Source of the DNA: Clostridiales bacterium
GTDB lineage: Bacteria; Bacillota; Clostridia; Saccharofermentanales; Saccharofermentanaceae
Direction: 5' to 3'
Assembly (NCBI GenBank): GCA_017513085.1
Contig: JAFWDK010000029.1
Coordinates: 32,001 to 96,000 of the forward strand
Length of the DNA stretch: 64,000 nucleotides
This document shows positions 31,662 through 41,342 of this stretch, one piece after another (position 1 is the first letter of the stretch; each line of letters opens with the position of its first letter). The notes under the pieces were generated by a model, which searched no databases, had not been told where the DNA came from, and worked only from the letters and a program-made list of their open reading frames with translations. Both the position numbers and the translations under genes were made by a program.

Positions 31662-32600
31662 TCAAGCCTGTGACGGGTTGACGCTTGTTCCTGCATTCTC
31701 GCCGGAAGCGATCGCTTTCCATTGTTTCCGATAATCACGGGGCGAGCTGCCGAAGAATTTTTTGAATGTCTCACTCATATAACTGACGCCGGAAAAACCG
31801 GACAAGGATGCGATCTCTGCCATGGAAAAAGAACTTGAGCGGAGATATTCCGCGACTTTGCGCGCACGTAGATGCATCAGGTAATTGATCGGAGATTCGC
31901 TTACGTACTGCTTGAAGAGAAGATTACAAAGAGATTTGCTGATGTTTGCAGAGGCCGCGATCTCTTCGAGTGTGAGCGTCCTCTGATAGTTATCCGAGAT
32001 GTAATGCATCATGGTCTTGAAAGTCTGCATTCTGGCATCGGGAGCTTCTTCCGGACCGAGCGCGCCGATGATCTCGGAGCGCTTAATGATCAGATCCCAG
32101 ATCTGATAGAACTGCTTGGTGACCTCAAAGGCGCAGTGACGGATGGGGAGAAGGGTGTGCATGAGACGAGCCATCTCCTCGGTCATCTCATCAATGTCGC
32201 GAAACCGCAGGTAAGGAAGATCCTTGTTTTCCACGATCGGGCGGATCGCCTGCATCTCGACGGCAACGGAAGCATTCAGGATGCCCGGATGCGCAATGAA
32301 GATGATGTAGCGGCAGGTTTCGTCTTCGATCGCCATACTATAGTGGATCTGGTTGCTGTTGATGAAGATCGTATCCCCTTCGTGAAGCATGATGGTCTTG
32401 CCGTTTACCGAGTAAGCCATTTTGCCTCTTGTTATCGTGCATATCTCAACGTCTTCGTGAAAATGCGGGACACGCTCCCACGTGACCTTCGGCTTGACCC
32501 AGCCTTCAAACACATAAGAAGGGAACTGCGGATCGTCATAGTTGACGATCTCCGAGCCATCTTCTCTTTTAACGATAAGACCCATGATGTCGCGATTCAT
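31662..32600 (-). CDS. AraC-family transcriptional regulator
   Basis: N-terminal cupin (PHFHEDVE, NSNQIH) and C-terminal double HTH ending GFSGVSYMSETFKKFFGSSPRDYRK. Confidence 0.92.
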   Translation of the reverse strand: MNRDIMGLIVKREDGSEIVNYDDPQFPSYVFEGWVKPKVTWERVPHFHEDVEICTITRGKMAYSVNGKTIMLHEGDTIFINSNQIHYSMAIEDETCRYIIFIAHPGILNASVAVEMQAIRPIVENKDLPYLRFRDIDEMTEEMARLMHTLLPIRHCAFEVTKQFYQIWDLIIKRSEIIGALGPEEAPDARMQTFKTMMHYISDNYQRTLTLEEIAASANISKSLCNLLFKQYVSESPINYLMHLRARKVAEYLRSSSFSMAEIASLSGFSGVSYMSETFKKFFGSSPRDYRKQWKAIASGENAGTSVNPSQA

Positions 32601-32884
32601 AACTTACCTCTTCCGGCTGATGATCTTTCTTAACAAGAAAAATACCAACGATCCTTCAAAATGAAATCTACCTATATTCTATCTTTATACCGGTAGTTTA
32701 ATCTCTGATAAATCTTCCACAAAATTATAACAATCCAACAAATGCGTAGAAGATAGTTATAAAAAATAGGCAAATTTCATGTGTAAAAGCACTTACATAT
32801 ACAATATACTTGCAGTAACGAAAGAAAGCAAGTGCTTTTGCCACATCAGAAAAATCACGTGGAAACAAGAAGGGAAACACAAAA

Positions 32885-33880
32885 ATGGAAAACGCAATCA
32901 CAATGAAGAATGTATGTAAGGACTTTAAGATCCTGAACCGTCACGAAGGGTTGAAGGGCAGCATCCGTGATCTTTTCTCCCGTGACTACAAGACGATCTC
33001 GGCCGTGAAAGATGTTTCGCTGGAAATCAAAAAAGGTGAGATCATCGGATACCTGGGGCCGAATGGCGCCGGCAAGTCCACGACCATCAAGATGATGACA
33101 GGTGTTTTGGAACCTACGTCCGGCGAGATCATGGTAAATGGTCTGGTGCCGTATAAAGAGCGCACGAAGAATTCCGAAAGGATCGGAGTTGTTTTCGGGC
33201 AAAGAAGCCAGCTTTGGTGGTCGTTGCCTCTGATCGAGTCATTCAAGCTCTTGCGCGATATCTACCTGGTTCCGAAAAAGGACTACGAAGATATGCTTGA
33301 ACTGTACCGTTCGCTTGTGGATATCGAGCCGATCCTCCATAAACCTGTGCGACAGATGTCTCTCGGACAAAGAACGCTGAGTGATATTCTTGCCGCCTTC
33401 CTCCATAATCCTGCGATCGTGTTTCTTGATGAACCGACGATCGGTCTGGATGTCTCGATGAAGTCGAAGATCCGTGATCTGATTAAAGGTCTCAATCAGC
33501 AAAAAGGAACGACGGTCATTCTGACGACCCACGATATGGGAGATGTCGATGCCCTCTGTAAAAGGATCGTCATCATCGATGAAGGTAAGAAGATCTATGA
33601 CAACGATATCGAGCATCTGAAGTCCTATTTCGGTTCGTACCGGACACTTCGCATCCGTCATGCAGATGACACATGGGAAGAGCGGGTCATCGATGAGTCG
33701 AAAGAGGATGTAATGGATGTCATTCTGAAGAAGCAGAAGGAACAGAAGATCAAGGACATCCAGCTTCAGGAGATCTCCACGGAAGAAGTAATCAAGAAGA
33801 TCTATGAAGGAAGTTCTGCGGCAAAAGGAAACTCGTCCGTAGTCACTTCCGATGAGAAGAAAGGAGCGGCGGAACAATGA
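32885..33880 (+). CDS. ABC transporter ATP-binding protein (DrrA-like)
   Basis: Walker A GPNGAGKST, VFGQRSQLWW, MSLGQR, FLDEPTIGLD, LTTHDM. Confidence 0.93.
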   Translation: MENAITMKNVCKDFKILNRHEGLKGSIRDLFSRDYKTISAVKDVSLEIKKGEIIGYLGPNGAGKSTTIKMMTGVLEPTSGEIMVNGLVPYKERTKNSERIGVVFGQRSQLWWSLPLIESFKLLRDIYLVPKKDYEDMLELYRSLVDIEPILHKPVRQMSLGQRTLSDILAAFLHNPAIVFLDEPTIGLDVSMKSKIRDLIKGLNQQKGTTVILTTHDMGDVDALCKRIVIIDEGKKIYDNDIEHLKSYFGSYRTLRIRHADDTWEERVIDESKEDVMDVILKKQKEQKIKDIQLQEISTEEVIKKIYEGSSAAKGNSSVVTSDEKKGAAEQ

Positions 33881-34686
33881 ATCTGAGAAGACATATTGCC
33901 CTGACCCGCGCAGGTATTATGGAGTCTCTCCAGTACCGCCTCGGCACGGCCGTTACGCTCTTTGCCAACCTGATCTATCTGGTCCTGGTGTATTTCCTCT
34001 GGAGAGCGATCTACGATTCTGCCGGAACCGACGTGGTCAATGGCATGACTTTTACCGATACCATGATCTATCTGATCCTGGCCACGGCTCTGTTCAATTT
34101 TCTGGAGATGTTTGTGGTCTGGGATATGAGCCGATCGATCCAGTCAGGAAAGATCATACTGGATCTTCTGAAACCGATGAAGTTCAGAAGCTACACCTTT
34201 TGGAGCTACTCCGGCTCACATGTAGTGCTTTTTACACTGACGTTCATACCGACATTTATCGTAGTCATGATCGTTACGCATGGCGCCATCCCGATGGGCA
34301 TCAATCTTTTGTACTTTGTGGTGGCGACCGTTCTGGCCTTGATCGTGAACTTCAGCATGGAGATGATCGTGGCAACGATCTGCCTCTACACGGAGTCCAC
34401 ATGGGGAATTAACATTGTTAAAGAGACGATCGTTCTGCTGCTTTCGGGCGCTTCGATACCTCTTGCGTTCTTCCCGGAGACCTTCAGGAAAATCGTCGGA
34501 TTTCTTCCGTTTCGTGCCGTCTATGACATTCCGTTGACGATCCTTCTTGAGAAAAACGGTTCGGATACACTCGAAGGATTGCTCCCGATGTTTGGTCTGC
34601 AGCTGGCATGGTGCATCATCCTGACAGTGACCGGGGTTTTGTTCTGGAATCATTCGGTACGCAAGATAACTGTTAACGGAGGCTGA
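33877..34686 (+). CDS. ABC-2 family transporter permease
   Basis: 6-TM pattern, I.SG.I..DLLKP, LLSGA.IPL.FFP; overlaps the ATPase stop (ATGA). Confidence 0.88.
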   Translation: MNLRRHIALTRAGIMESLQYRLGTAVTLFANLIYLVLVYFLWRAIYDSAGTDVVNGMTFTDTMIYLILATALFNFLEMFVVWDMSRSIQSGKIILDLLKPMKFRSYTFWSYSGSHVVLFTLTFIPTFIVVMIVTHGAIPMGINLLYFVVATVLALIVNFSMEMIVATICLYTESTWGINIVKETIVLLLSGASIPLAFFPETFRKIVGFLPFRAVYDIPLTILLEKNGSDTLEGLLPMFGLQLAWCIILTVTGVLFWNHSVRKITVNGG

Positions 34687-34689
34687 CTT

Positions 34690-35520
34690 ATGAGTGAGAC
34701 TACACTGACCAAACAGAAAACGAGAAGAGGCTTCGGCTTTTATCTCAGAATATACAAGAAGATCCTGGTGCAGGATCTGAAGAGTAAGATGAGCTACCGG
34801 GCTGACTTTGTGATCTCCACGTTCGGCATGATCATGACGAACCTGAGCGGTTTTGTGACCTTTCTGATCCTATTCAAGAATTTTCCCTCGATCAATGGTT
34901 GGGATTACTACCACATGCTGTTTCTCTACGGCTTTTCACTGGTAGCGCTGACCCCGGTGCAGTGCTTTTTCGACAACAACTGGAATCTGCGCTTTCAGGT
35001 GCAGTCCGGTGACTTCATCAAGTACTGTTTCCGTCCGATCAACGTATTCTTCTACTTTATGTCGGAAGTTTTCGATGTAAAAGGACTCGGGCAATTCGCT
35101 TTCGGTATCGGCACGCTGGTTTATGCGTGGATACATATCGGGATTCCGGTCACGCCGCTCGTGATCGCCAAACTGGTGCTTTTCCTCCTGACGGCATCGC
35201 TGTTTATGATCGCGATCATGAATGCGGCGGCGGCAACCTGCTTCTGGATCGTCGGATCCGGCTATGTGATGGTCATCATGTTCCGGTTTAAGGATTTTGC
35301 GAAATATCCGTCGAATATATTCCATGGTGTATTCCGTATCCTGTTTACCTTCGTGATTCCGATCGCTTTTGTGGCATATTACCCAAGTCTGGCGATCCTG
35401 GAAACGGATAATATCCCGGTACTGACATGGTGTGCGCCGGCTATCGGAGTGCTGTTCTTCTACTTAAGTTATAAGTTCTGGATGCTGGGTGTATCCAGGT
35501 ACGACTTTACGGGATCCTGA
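34690..35520 (+). CDS. ABC-2 family transporter permease
   Basis: MSYRADF, INGW, G.F.KY..RP, AKYP, FTFVIP.AF.AYYP. Confidence 0.88.
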   Translation: MSETTLTKQKTRRGFGFYLRIYKKILVQDLKSKMSYRADFVISTFGMIMTNLSGFVTFLILFKNFPSINGWDYYHMLFLYGFSLVALTPVQCFFDNNWNLRFQVQSGDFIKYCFRPINVFFYFMSEVFDVKGLGQFAFGIGTLVYAWIHIGIPVTPLVIAKLVLFLLTASLFMIAIMNAAAATCFWIVGSGYVMVIMFRFKDFAKYPSNIFHGVFRILFTFVIPIAFVAYYPSLAILETDNIPVLTWCAPAIGVLFFYLSYKFWMLGVSRYDFTGS

Positions 35521-35792
35521 GTCAAACTTGAAAAAATGTTTCCTTGCCGGTGATCCCTTGAATGCGTTGGGCTTGGCTCTGAGAGGGTGGTTTTAGTTGT
35601 AAAGAGATGGAAAATGCGACTTTTGGTGCTTTTTTACCAAGATTTTGGCAAGTTTGCGCTACTTTTATTCCCTATTTCATAAGAGAATTTTAGAGACGGG
35701 AATGGTATAATGGTCACGTTGTTTTTGAGCAGATGCCATGTCATCGAGTTGGAAACACAGAATATTAAGGTTTATAAGAGGAGAAAAGTATT

Positions 35793-36248
35793 ATGAGAAC
35801 ACTTAAGAAGATCGCTGCAATCGTTCTGGCAGGTGCTATGGTATTTTCCATCGCAGGTTGTAAGAAGGGTTCAAAGAAGGTATCCGCTGATGATTTTAAG
35901 AAGGTCTGCGAGGAAGCTTCTCTCAAAGTAGTTGATGAAGCTGCTGATGAAGGTGTGACAAAGTCTCTTTCTGCAAAGAATGATGACGAATCTATCGAAG
36001 TGAATTTCATGGTTGCAAAGGACGAGGACGAGGCTAAGAAGGGTTTCGAGTACTTCACAAACAACACTGATTCCATGAAGGAAATGGGCGCTGATGTTAA
36101 GTCCAGCAGCGATAAGATCGAGGTTACAATGAACAGCCTGTTGTACATGTATGCTGTAAGAAATGGCGATACGATCGTTACTGTTTCTGCTGCAGGTGAG
36201 GAACAGATCAAGACAGGTAAGGACATCGTTAAGAAGCTCGGCATCTGA
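35793..36248 (+). CDS. Small lipoprotein
   Basis: Lipobox IAGC, highly-expressed-type codon usage, own terminator. Confidence 0.8.
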   Translation: MRTLKKIAAIVLAGAMVFSIAGCKKGSKKVSADDFKKVCEEASLKVVDEAADEGVTKSLSAKNDDESIEVNFMVAKDEDEAKKGFEYFTNNTDSMKEMGADVKSSSDKIEVTMNSLLYMYAVRNGDTIVTVSAAGEEQIKTGKDIVKKLGI

Positions 36249-36274
36249 TCTGTAGCGGTATTTTATTGAAAACC

Positions 36275-36307
36275 AAAAGAGTGTCTTCAAAATGAAGGCA
36301 CTTTTTT
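36275..36307. terminator. Bidirectional terminator
   Basis: AAAAGAGTGTCTTCA-aaa-TGAAGGCACTTTTTT. Confidence 0.75.
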
Positions 36308-37583
36308 ATTTCCTCGCCCGGACCTGCTTGAAGAGCTCTTCCGCGGCGATCCTTGTTTTGGCGGCTACGTCTTTCTTCTTGGGAAAACAGTAGTAGAGAC
36401 AATCCTTTTTGCCGATGCAGATGACATCGCCGATCTCATACCAGTAGTAGTCGGAGTAGAGACTGTAATTTTCTTTGGGCGATTGCGTATAGTGGAGCCG
36501 GTCATCACAGCCATTGAGCACAAAACCTTCCGCATCGTGATGGAGCGTGCCTGAACCGACCATATACAGAGCTTGAAAATCCACGATGATGCCGATGTCC
36601 ACTTCTGTATCGAGAGAATACGTTCCCGCTGCGATGTCGTTTTTGACACAAGACCTTTCCCAGGCATACCAGTCCGGAATATGGGTAAAAGACGGAACGG
36701 ACGGAGACGGCTCCTTGCCGACAGGAGAAAGCTGTCCGAGTTCGGTGAGCTCCCATTTCCTGCCACAGGCGTGACAGGTGAGATGTATTCCTTTTCCTTC
36801 CATCTGACCTTCTACCGAACACGAAGTGCACTTATAAAGGATCCGGTTTAATCCGTCCGCACGGAAAGGCTCGGTAATGCGAAGTCCGGTATCCCGTTGC
36901 CAGGCAAAATAGTCAAAAGAGAAAGCCCGGTCAAGGATCGTATCGATTTCTTCCACGCTCTTTTCCATGACCTCGTCCTCAGAAAGAAGACAAGAAACCT
37001 CAGCGCTGACTTTGACCTTCCGTTTTTGAAGACAGTTGTATAAAGGATCTCTGGCAAAAGAACCATAGGTCGTGATCATGAGTACAGGAACACGAAGCGC
37101 TTTAAAAAGCACTCCCATCCTGCGTGGGAGCGGCGTCGCGGTTCCGTCGAAAGAGTAACTTGCTTCGGGATACATCAGGACGGATGTTTTGTTATTTCTA
37201 ACAGCGTGCTTGATGTCTGTGATCAGTGACAGATCCGAAACGAATTTCTGCGTCGGTATACAACCAAGGCGGCGCATGAGTCCTTCTTTTCCGACCAATC
37301 CGTCTGATGTGCAGACTATATTATATCTTTTGGGAAAAAGCACTTTGGATGCGATCTCGAGATCGAGAAAACTGGAGTGGTTCATGAGGATCAGATAGGG
37401 TCCTTTGCCTGCTTTTTTCATATCCTTTTTTGTATAGGAAAACTTTACGGCACAAAGGTCCGGGATCGATGCGAGCCGCATCACGAGACTCAAGAGTCTG
37501 CTTGGCTTCCCCGGTTTCCGGTGTGCCGGACGCGGGAGTTTTTTTACATCATCAAAATCCATTTTGCAGGTCTTGATCTTCAT
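36306..37583 (-). CDS. Lysophospholipid acyltransferase (PlsC-like) with C-terminal Zn-ribbon extension
   Basis: NHSSFLD (HX4D), MYPEA, CTSC and CHAC pairs. Confidence 0.85.
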   Translation of the reverse strand: MKIKTCKMDFDDVKKLPRPAHRKPGKPSRLLSLVMRLASIPDLCAVKFSYTKKDMKKAGKGPYLILMNHSSFLDLEIASKVLFPKRYNIVCTSDGLVGKEGLMRRLGCIPTQKFVSDLSLITDIKHAVRNNKTSVLMYPEASYSFDGTATPLPRRMGVLFKALRVPVLMITTYGSFARDPLYNCLQKRKVKVSAEVSCLLSEDEVMEKSVEEIDTILDRAFSFDYFAWQRDTGLRITEPFRADGLNRILYKCTSCSVEGQMEGKGIHLTCHACGRKWELTELGQLSPVGKEPSPSVPSFTHIPDWYAWERSCVKNDIAAGTYSLDTEVDIGIIVDFQALYMVGSGTLHHDAEGFVLNGCDDRLHYTQSPKENYSLYSDYYWYEIGDVICIGKKDCLYYCFPKKKDVAAKTRIAAEELFKQVRARK

Positions 37584-37798
37584 CAGTCTCTCACCCCATT
37601 GAATACTCAGATGTAAACATTATATCATTATGTAAAATACACCTTGCCGTGTCAGGTGACATGGAGGGTAACTGGAGGGTATGGTAACAGACCCTTTTTT
37701 GGGACTTCAAATTTGAGATAATCTTGTCGAAGAGAAGAGTTAACTGTTTGAAGCTTTCGTTTGAAATGAGAGCAGGTGATAGACAGGAGGTTCAGACG

Positions 37799-38677
37799 AT
37801 GGATAAGAAGCAGGCAAGAAATATAGTCGAGAGATTTTACCGGAAATCTAATCCGACGGAGGATGACAACTTTGTTTTCACGGAAGCACTTGGTTTTTTG
37901 ATTGAGACGGAGAAGGATCCGCGAGCGATGATGGAGCTCGGTGGATACTATTATGAACTCCGCAATTTTGATCTGGCGTTGAAGTATTACAACATGGCAG
38001 CTGAGTCAGATTATGAGGAAGCATGGGAATGTCTCGGCTATGTCTGGTACTATGGACGGACAGGAACGAAAGATTATAAGAAAGCATTCGAGTATTTTTC
38101 CAAGTGCATGGACAAGGGAAATGTTGTAGCGACATATAAAGTTGCGGATATGTTCAAGAACGGATATTACGTGGAGAAAGATGAAGAAAAATATGAGAAA
38201 CTGATCGAGTCTCTTTATCCGAGAGTTAAGAATGCAAGAAATCTCGGTCAGTCTTTGCCGGAAGTTTTTACGAGACTTGCGAAGATACGGGTAAAGCAGG
38301 GAAAGAAAACGGAAGCAGTCGATTTGTATCTGAGAGCCAAGGATTTTCTTGCACAACGGATTTCCTATAATGCTTTTTTCGGTAACTTGAATATTATGAA
38401 CTGGCTGATCTGTGATCTTTATGACTTGATCGAGTTCGATGAGGATGATTTCGATTTCTTTGATCTGTATTATCTGCTGAAGAAACCCTGTGTTGTTCAA
38501 TTCTATTATGCCCGGAATAAATACACAGTCGAGGCACAGATGGAAGATGAAAACTGCGTGATCCGATTCGGGGATAAGTGGTATAGAGATGTGTCTGATT
38601 TTATCGCGAAAGCTACTATCAGAAATCTTCCGTTGACTAAGATCAATAGAGAACTTTACGGATTTGAGGTGATCTGA
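37799..38677 (+). CDS. Sel1-repeat (TPR-like) protein
   Basis: AMMELGGYYY, AWECLGYVWYYGRTGTKDYKKAFEYF, ATYKVADMFKNGYYVEKD Sel1 repeats; AGGAGG RBS before ATG 37799; no signal peptide. Confidence 0.85.
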   Translation: MDKKQARNIVERFYRKSNPTEDDNFVFTEALGFLIETEKDPRAMMELGGYYYELRNFDLALKYYNMAAESDYEEAWECLGYVWYYGRTGTKDYKKAFEYFSKCMDKGNVVATYKVADMFKNGYYVEKDEEKYEKLIESLYPRVKNARNLGQSLPEVFTRLAKIRVKQGKKTEAVDLYLRAKDFLAQRISYNAFFGNLNIMNWLICDLYDLIEFDEDDFDFFDLYYLLKKPCVVQFYYARNKYTVEAQMEDENCVIRFGDKWYRDVSDFIAKATIRNLPLTKINRELYGFEVI

Positions 38678-39448
38678 ATGAAAGAGAATAGAATCGAACA
38701 ATATGCTTCGTTATTGATCAGACGTGATCAGCTCAAGAAAGAAGCAGAGATCATGGAAGACGAGTATTACCGTGAATTCGGTGATGAGTTTTACAATGTC
38801 TATGAAGTGAAGATCTCTTGCATCGAATTGAAGAAGAAGATCCATTATTGTCAGGCTGCGAGAAATCACGGAGAGAAGATCGATGTGGAGATGATGGATG
38901 CAGTACTCAAGGAGGAGATGAGAGATTATTACACGCAGTTGAAAAATCTGTTTGCTAACGTTCAAGGCGTGAAGAAAATGAAGGTCAGTCCGGAACACGT
39001 GGTGCTTGCCGTCAAGAAAAAATACCGTGAACTGGCGAAGATGATCCATCCGGATCTGCATCCTTTTACGCAGGAAGACGAAACGTTGATGGACCTTTGG
39101 AATCGTGCTGTGAAAGCATATCACATGAATGATGAAAATGGTTTGGACGAGATCGGCATCCTGGTTCGCCATCGTTTGCAAGAACTAGGTTATGAAGAAG
39201 AATCCGTTGTCGTTATTGAGGATCTGGAAGAGAAGATCCGTAGTGTAAATGCGGAGATCGAAGAAATAATGAATACAGATCCTTATCAGTATAAGATGCT
39301 TTTTGAACGGGAAGATCTTGTCGAAGAGAAGCATTTGGAACTGAAAAAAGAATTGGATAGTTATTTGCATTATCAGGAAGAACTGGAAGGTATTCTTCAT
39401 ACTTTCATATCTGACGGAGAGGTGACGGTCGAATGGAAAATGGATTGA
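38678..39448 (+). CDS. J-domain (DnaJ-like) coiled-coil protein
   Basis: VKKKYRELAKMIHPDLHP ... LWNRAVKAY (helix II-HPD-helix III) between coiled-coil segments; TGA-ATG junction with the upstream gene. Confidence 0.8.
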   Translation: MKENRIEQYASLLIRRDQLKKEAEIMEDEYYREFGDEFYNVYEVKISCIELKKKIHYCQAARNHGEKIDVEMMDAVLKEEMRDYYTQLKNLFANVQGVKKMKVSPEHVVLAVKKKYRELAKMIHPDLHPFTQEDETLMDLWNRAVKAYHMNDENGLDEIGILVRHRLQELGYEEESVVVIEDLEEKIRSVNAEIEEIMNTDPYQYKMLFEREDLVEEKHLELKKELDSYLHYQEELEGILHTFISDGEVTVEWKMD

Positions 39449-39828
39449 GTAATATCGAAAAAAGTGAATTAAAGAGTGTAGTGGCGAAAGGTGATCTGGG
39501 AAGTGTTCTTCAACCATTGATCCGGGAGATTCATCTTTTTGATTCCTTTGTTGCAGGAACCACGTATCTTGAATCGCAGGATGTGCTCGATACGTTAGCG
39601 GTAGGTAACCTTCTTGTGCTGGAAAGAGAAGAAAACAAATTCGATATCAATGCGATCCTGATCAAGACGGATAAAGGAATTAAGATCGGATATGTTCCTG
39701 AAAAAGACAATGTCATTTTTGCCAGGCTGATGGATGCAGGAAAACTTCTTCGGGGGAGGATCAAGAGCATCGATAGACGACATGATTTTTCGAAAATCTC
39801 CATAGGCATCTTTCTTGTTGATGTCTAA
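39433..39828 (+). CDS. HIRAN-domain protein
   Basis: FVAGTTY, L.LEREENKFDINAILI, KIGYVPE.DN..FARLMDAG; overlaps the J-protein end by 16 nt. Confidence 0.88.
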   Translation: MENGLSNIEKSELKSVVAKGDLGSVLQPLIREIHLFDSFVAGTTYLESQDVLDTLAVGNLLVLEREENKFDINAILIKTDKGIKIGYVPEKDNVIFARLMDAGKLLRGRIKSIDRRHDFSKISIGIFLVDV

Positions 39829-39994
39829 TTTCACTATAGCAATGGTCGGGAAGAAACATGTCCTCTCTTCCCGGCCATCGTTGCATATTGTCTTTCTCCG
39901 GAGAGAATGGTATTCTTGAAATGAATGATTGTTCACCCGAAACGGAAGTGCTTGATTTTCAAGCTTTGAGGGAACAAATGAGGAGGAGTTTCAG

Positions 39995-40570
39995 ATGCCG
40001 AGATCAAGAGAACAGTGTGAGCAGATCCGTGAAAGTTCGAAGAAGAATATACTCGATAAATCTATTTTGTATTTTGCAAAAAACGGGTTAGACGGGACTA
40101 AGATAAGTGATCTGGTCAAAGCAATCGGAGTCGGGCAAGGATCGATCTATTGTTATTTCGCTTCGAAGGAAGAATTGTTTTCTGAAGTTCAGAAAGTTTC
40201 TATGAAAAATGTCGGGCTGGAAGAGTTTGACATGATTAACTCCAAGGATCTTCCGCCGATCAGAAAACTTCGTTATGTATCAGATTACGTTGTGAAGAAT
40301 CTTTCGCAAAGTGAGATGTATTGTGCTTATGTTTATCTTGCTTTTTATGCAAGAATGCATGGCGAGAAAGAAGAAGAGAATCCATTCTTTGACATGATCA
40401 AGAAGATCGTGTCGCAAGGTCAAAAAGAAGGTTTTTTCTCGAAAGGAAATGCAGATAAAATTGCTGATTATTATCTGGGTGTGATCTATCTTTATGCCAT
40501 GCGTAAACTCTATGATCCTAAGATCGATATTCCATCTTCATCAGAACTGGAACGAGTAGTACGCGGATAA
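39995..40570 (+). CDS. TetR/AcrR-family transcriptional regulator
   Basis: N-terminal HTH FAKNGLDGTKISDLVKAIGVGQGSIYCYFASKEELF. Confidence 0.9.
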   Translation: MPRSREQCEQIRESSKKNILDKSILYFAKNGLDGTKISDLVKAIGVGQGSIYCYFASKEELFSEVQKVSMKNVGLEEFDMINSKDLPPIRKLRYVSDYVVKNLSQSEMYCAYVYLAFYARMHGEKEEENPFFDMIKKIVSQGQKEGFFSKGNADKIADYYLGVIYLYAMRKLYDPKIDIPSSSELERVVRG

Positions 40571-40770
40571 AGAGAAAGTTACGTAACCGATTTCATAGTG
40601 CTTTTGTCGTTCAATATACTTCACAAATGTACTCTGCACATGTGCAATAATCGGCAGTTTGTACATAGTTTTCTTTTTTGCGAATATGATATAATGTTTT
40701 TAACATCGAATGATGTGTTACATTGGTTGCATATTTTAATATCAATTATCATTAATGGAGGACATGTAAT

Positions 40771-41184
40771 ATGGTAAAGGCTAATGCAAACAAAGAAGAA
40801 GCTAAAGTTGTTGCTGCTGAGACAAAGCCGGCTGTTGTAGCTGAGGCTAAGAAAGAAGAAGCAAAGAAGGCAGCTCCGGCAAAGAAGGCTGCTGCTAAGA
40901 AGCCAGCTGCAAAGAAGGCTGCTCCGGCTGCTAAGAAAGCTGCTCCGGCTGCTAAGAAGGCTGCTCCGGCAAAGAAGGCTGCTGCTAAGAAGCCGGCTGC
41001 AAAGAAGGCTGCTAAGAAGGCTCCGGCTAAGAAGCTTTCCAAGATCGTTTTCGAGTATGAAGGCCAGCAGATCGATTACAAGACAATCGAGAAGAAAGCT
41101 GCTAAGCTCGGCGGTGTTGTTTATGTAGTTGCTTCTGAGAAGAAGATTTTTGACGAAGCTGGTAATGCAGTAGATCTCTTCTGA
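40771..41184 (+). CDS. Histone H1-like Lys/Ala/Pro-rich protein with small globular C-terminal domain
   Basis: About 60 aa of AAKKAAPA/AAKKPA repeats, GGAGG RBS, biased codons, own terminator. Confidence 0.8.
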   Translation: MVKANANKEEAKVVAAETKPAVVAEAKKEEAKKAAPAKKAAAKKPAAKKAAPAAKKAAPAAKKAAPAKKAAAKKPAAKKAAKKAPAKKLSKIVFEYEGQQIDYKTIEKKAAKLGGVVYVVASEKKIFDEAGNAVDLF

Positions 41185-41209
41185 GTTTTACCATAACATA
41201 GCAAACATA

Positions 41210-41250
41210 AAGTGCCTCGTAACCATTTTGGTTGCGGGGCATTTCTTTTT
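41210..41250 (+). terminator. Rho-independent terminator
   Basis: AGTGCCTCGTAACCA / TGGTTGCGGGGCATT stem (with G-U pairs) plus T-tract. Confidence 0.75.
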
Positions 41251-41276
41251 GCGTTTGTGAAGCCGTTTTATACATC

Positions 41277-41327
41277 AATCTTGACAGTGATAAGATTGCG
41301 AACTATAATCTAAGCAGTGATAAGATT
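41277..41327 (+). promoter_or_regulatory. Sigma-A promoter overlapped by two TetR-type operators
   Basis: TTGACA(41281)-N17-TATAAT(41304); two copies of AATCTw-N9-AAGATT at 41277 and 41307, exactly 30 bp apart. Confidence 0.8.
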
Positions 41328-41342
41328 GAGAGGAAGATTGAG

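Noticed and set aside
37640-37690. Short hairpin and TGGAGGGTA duplication upstream of the Sel1 operon
   Set aside because: Could be an insertion scar, but I found no matching copy at the other end of the operon; too short to support.
40860-41035. Tandem DNA repeats (GCTGCTAAGAAG...)
   Set aside because: Fully explained by the AAKK protein repeats; not a non-coding array.
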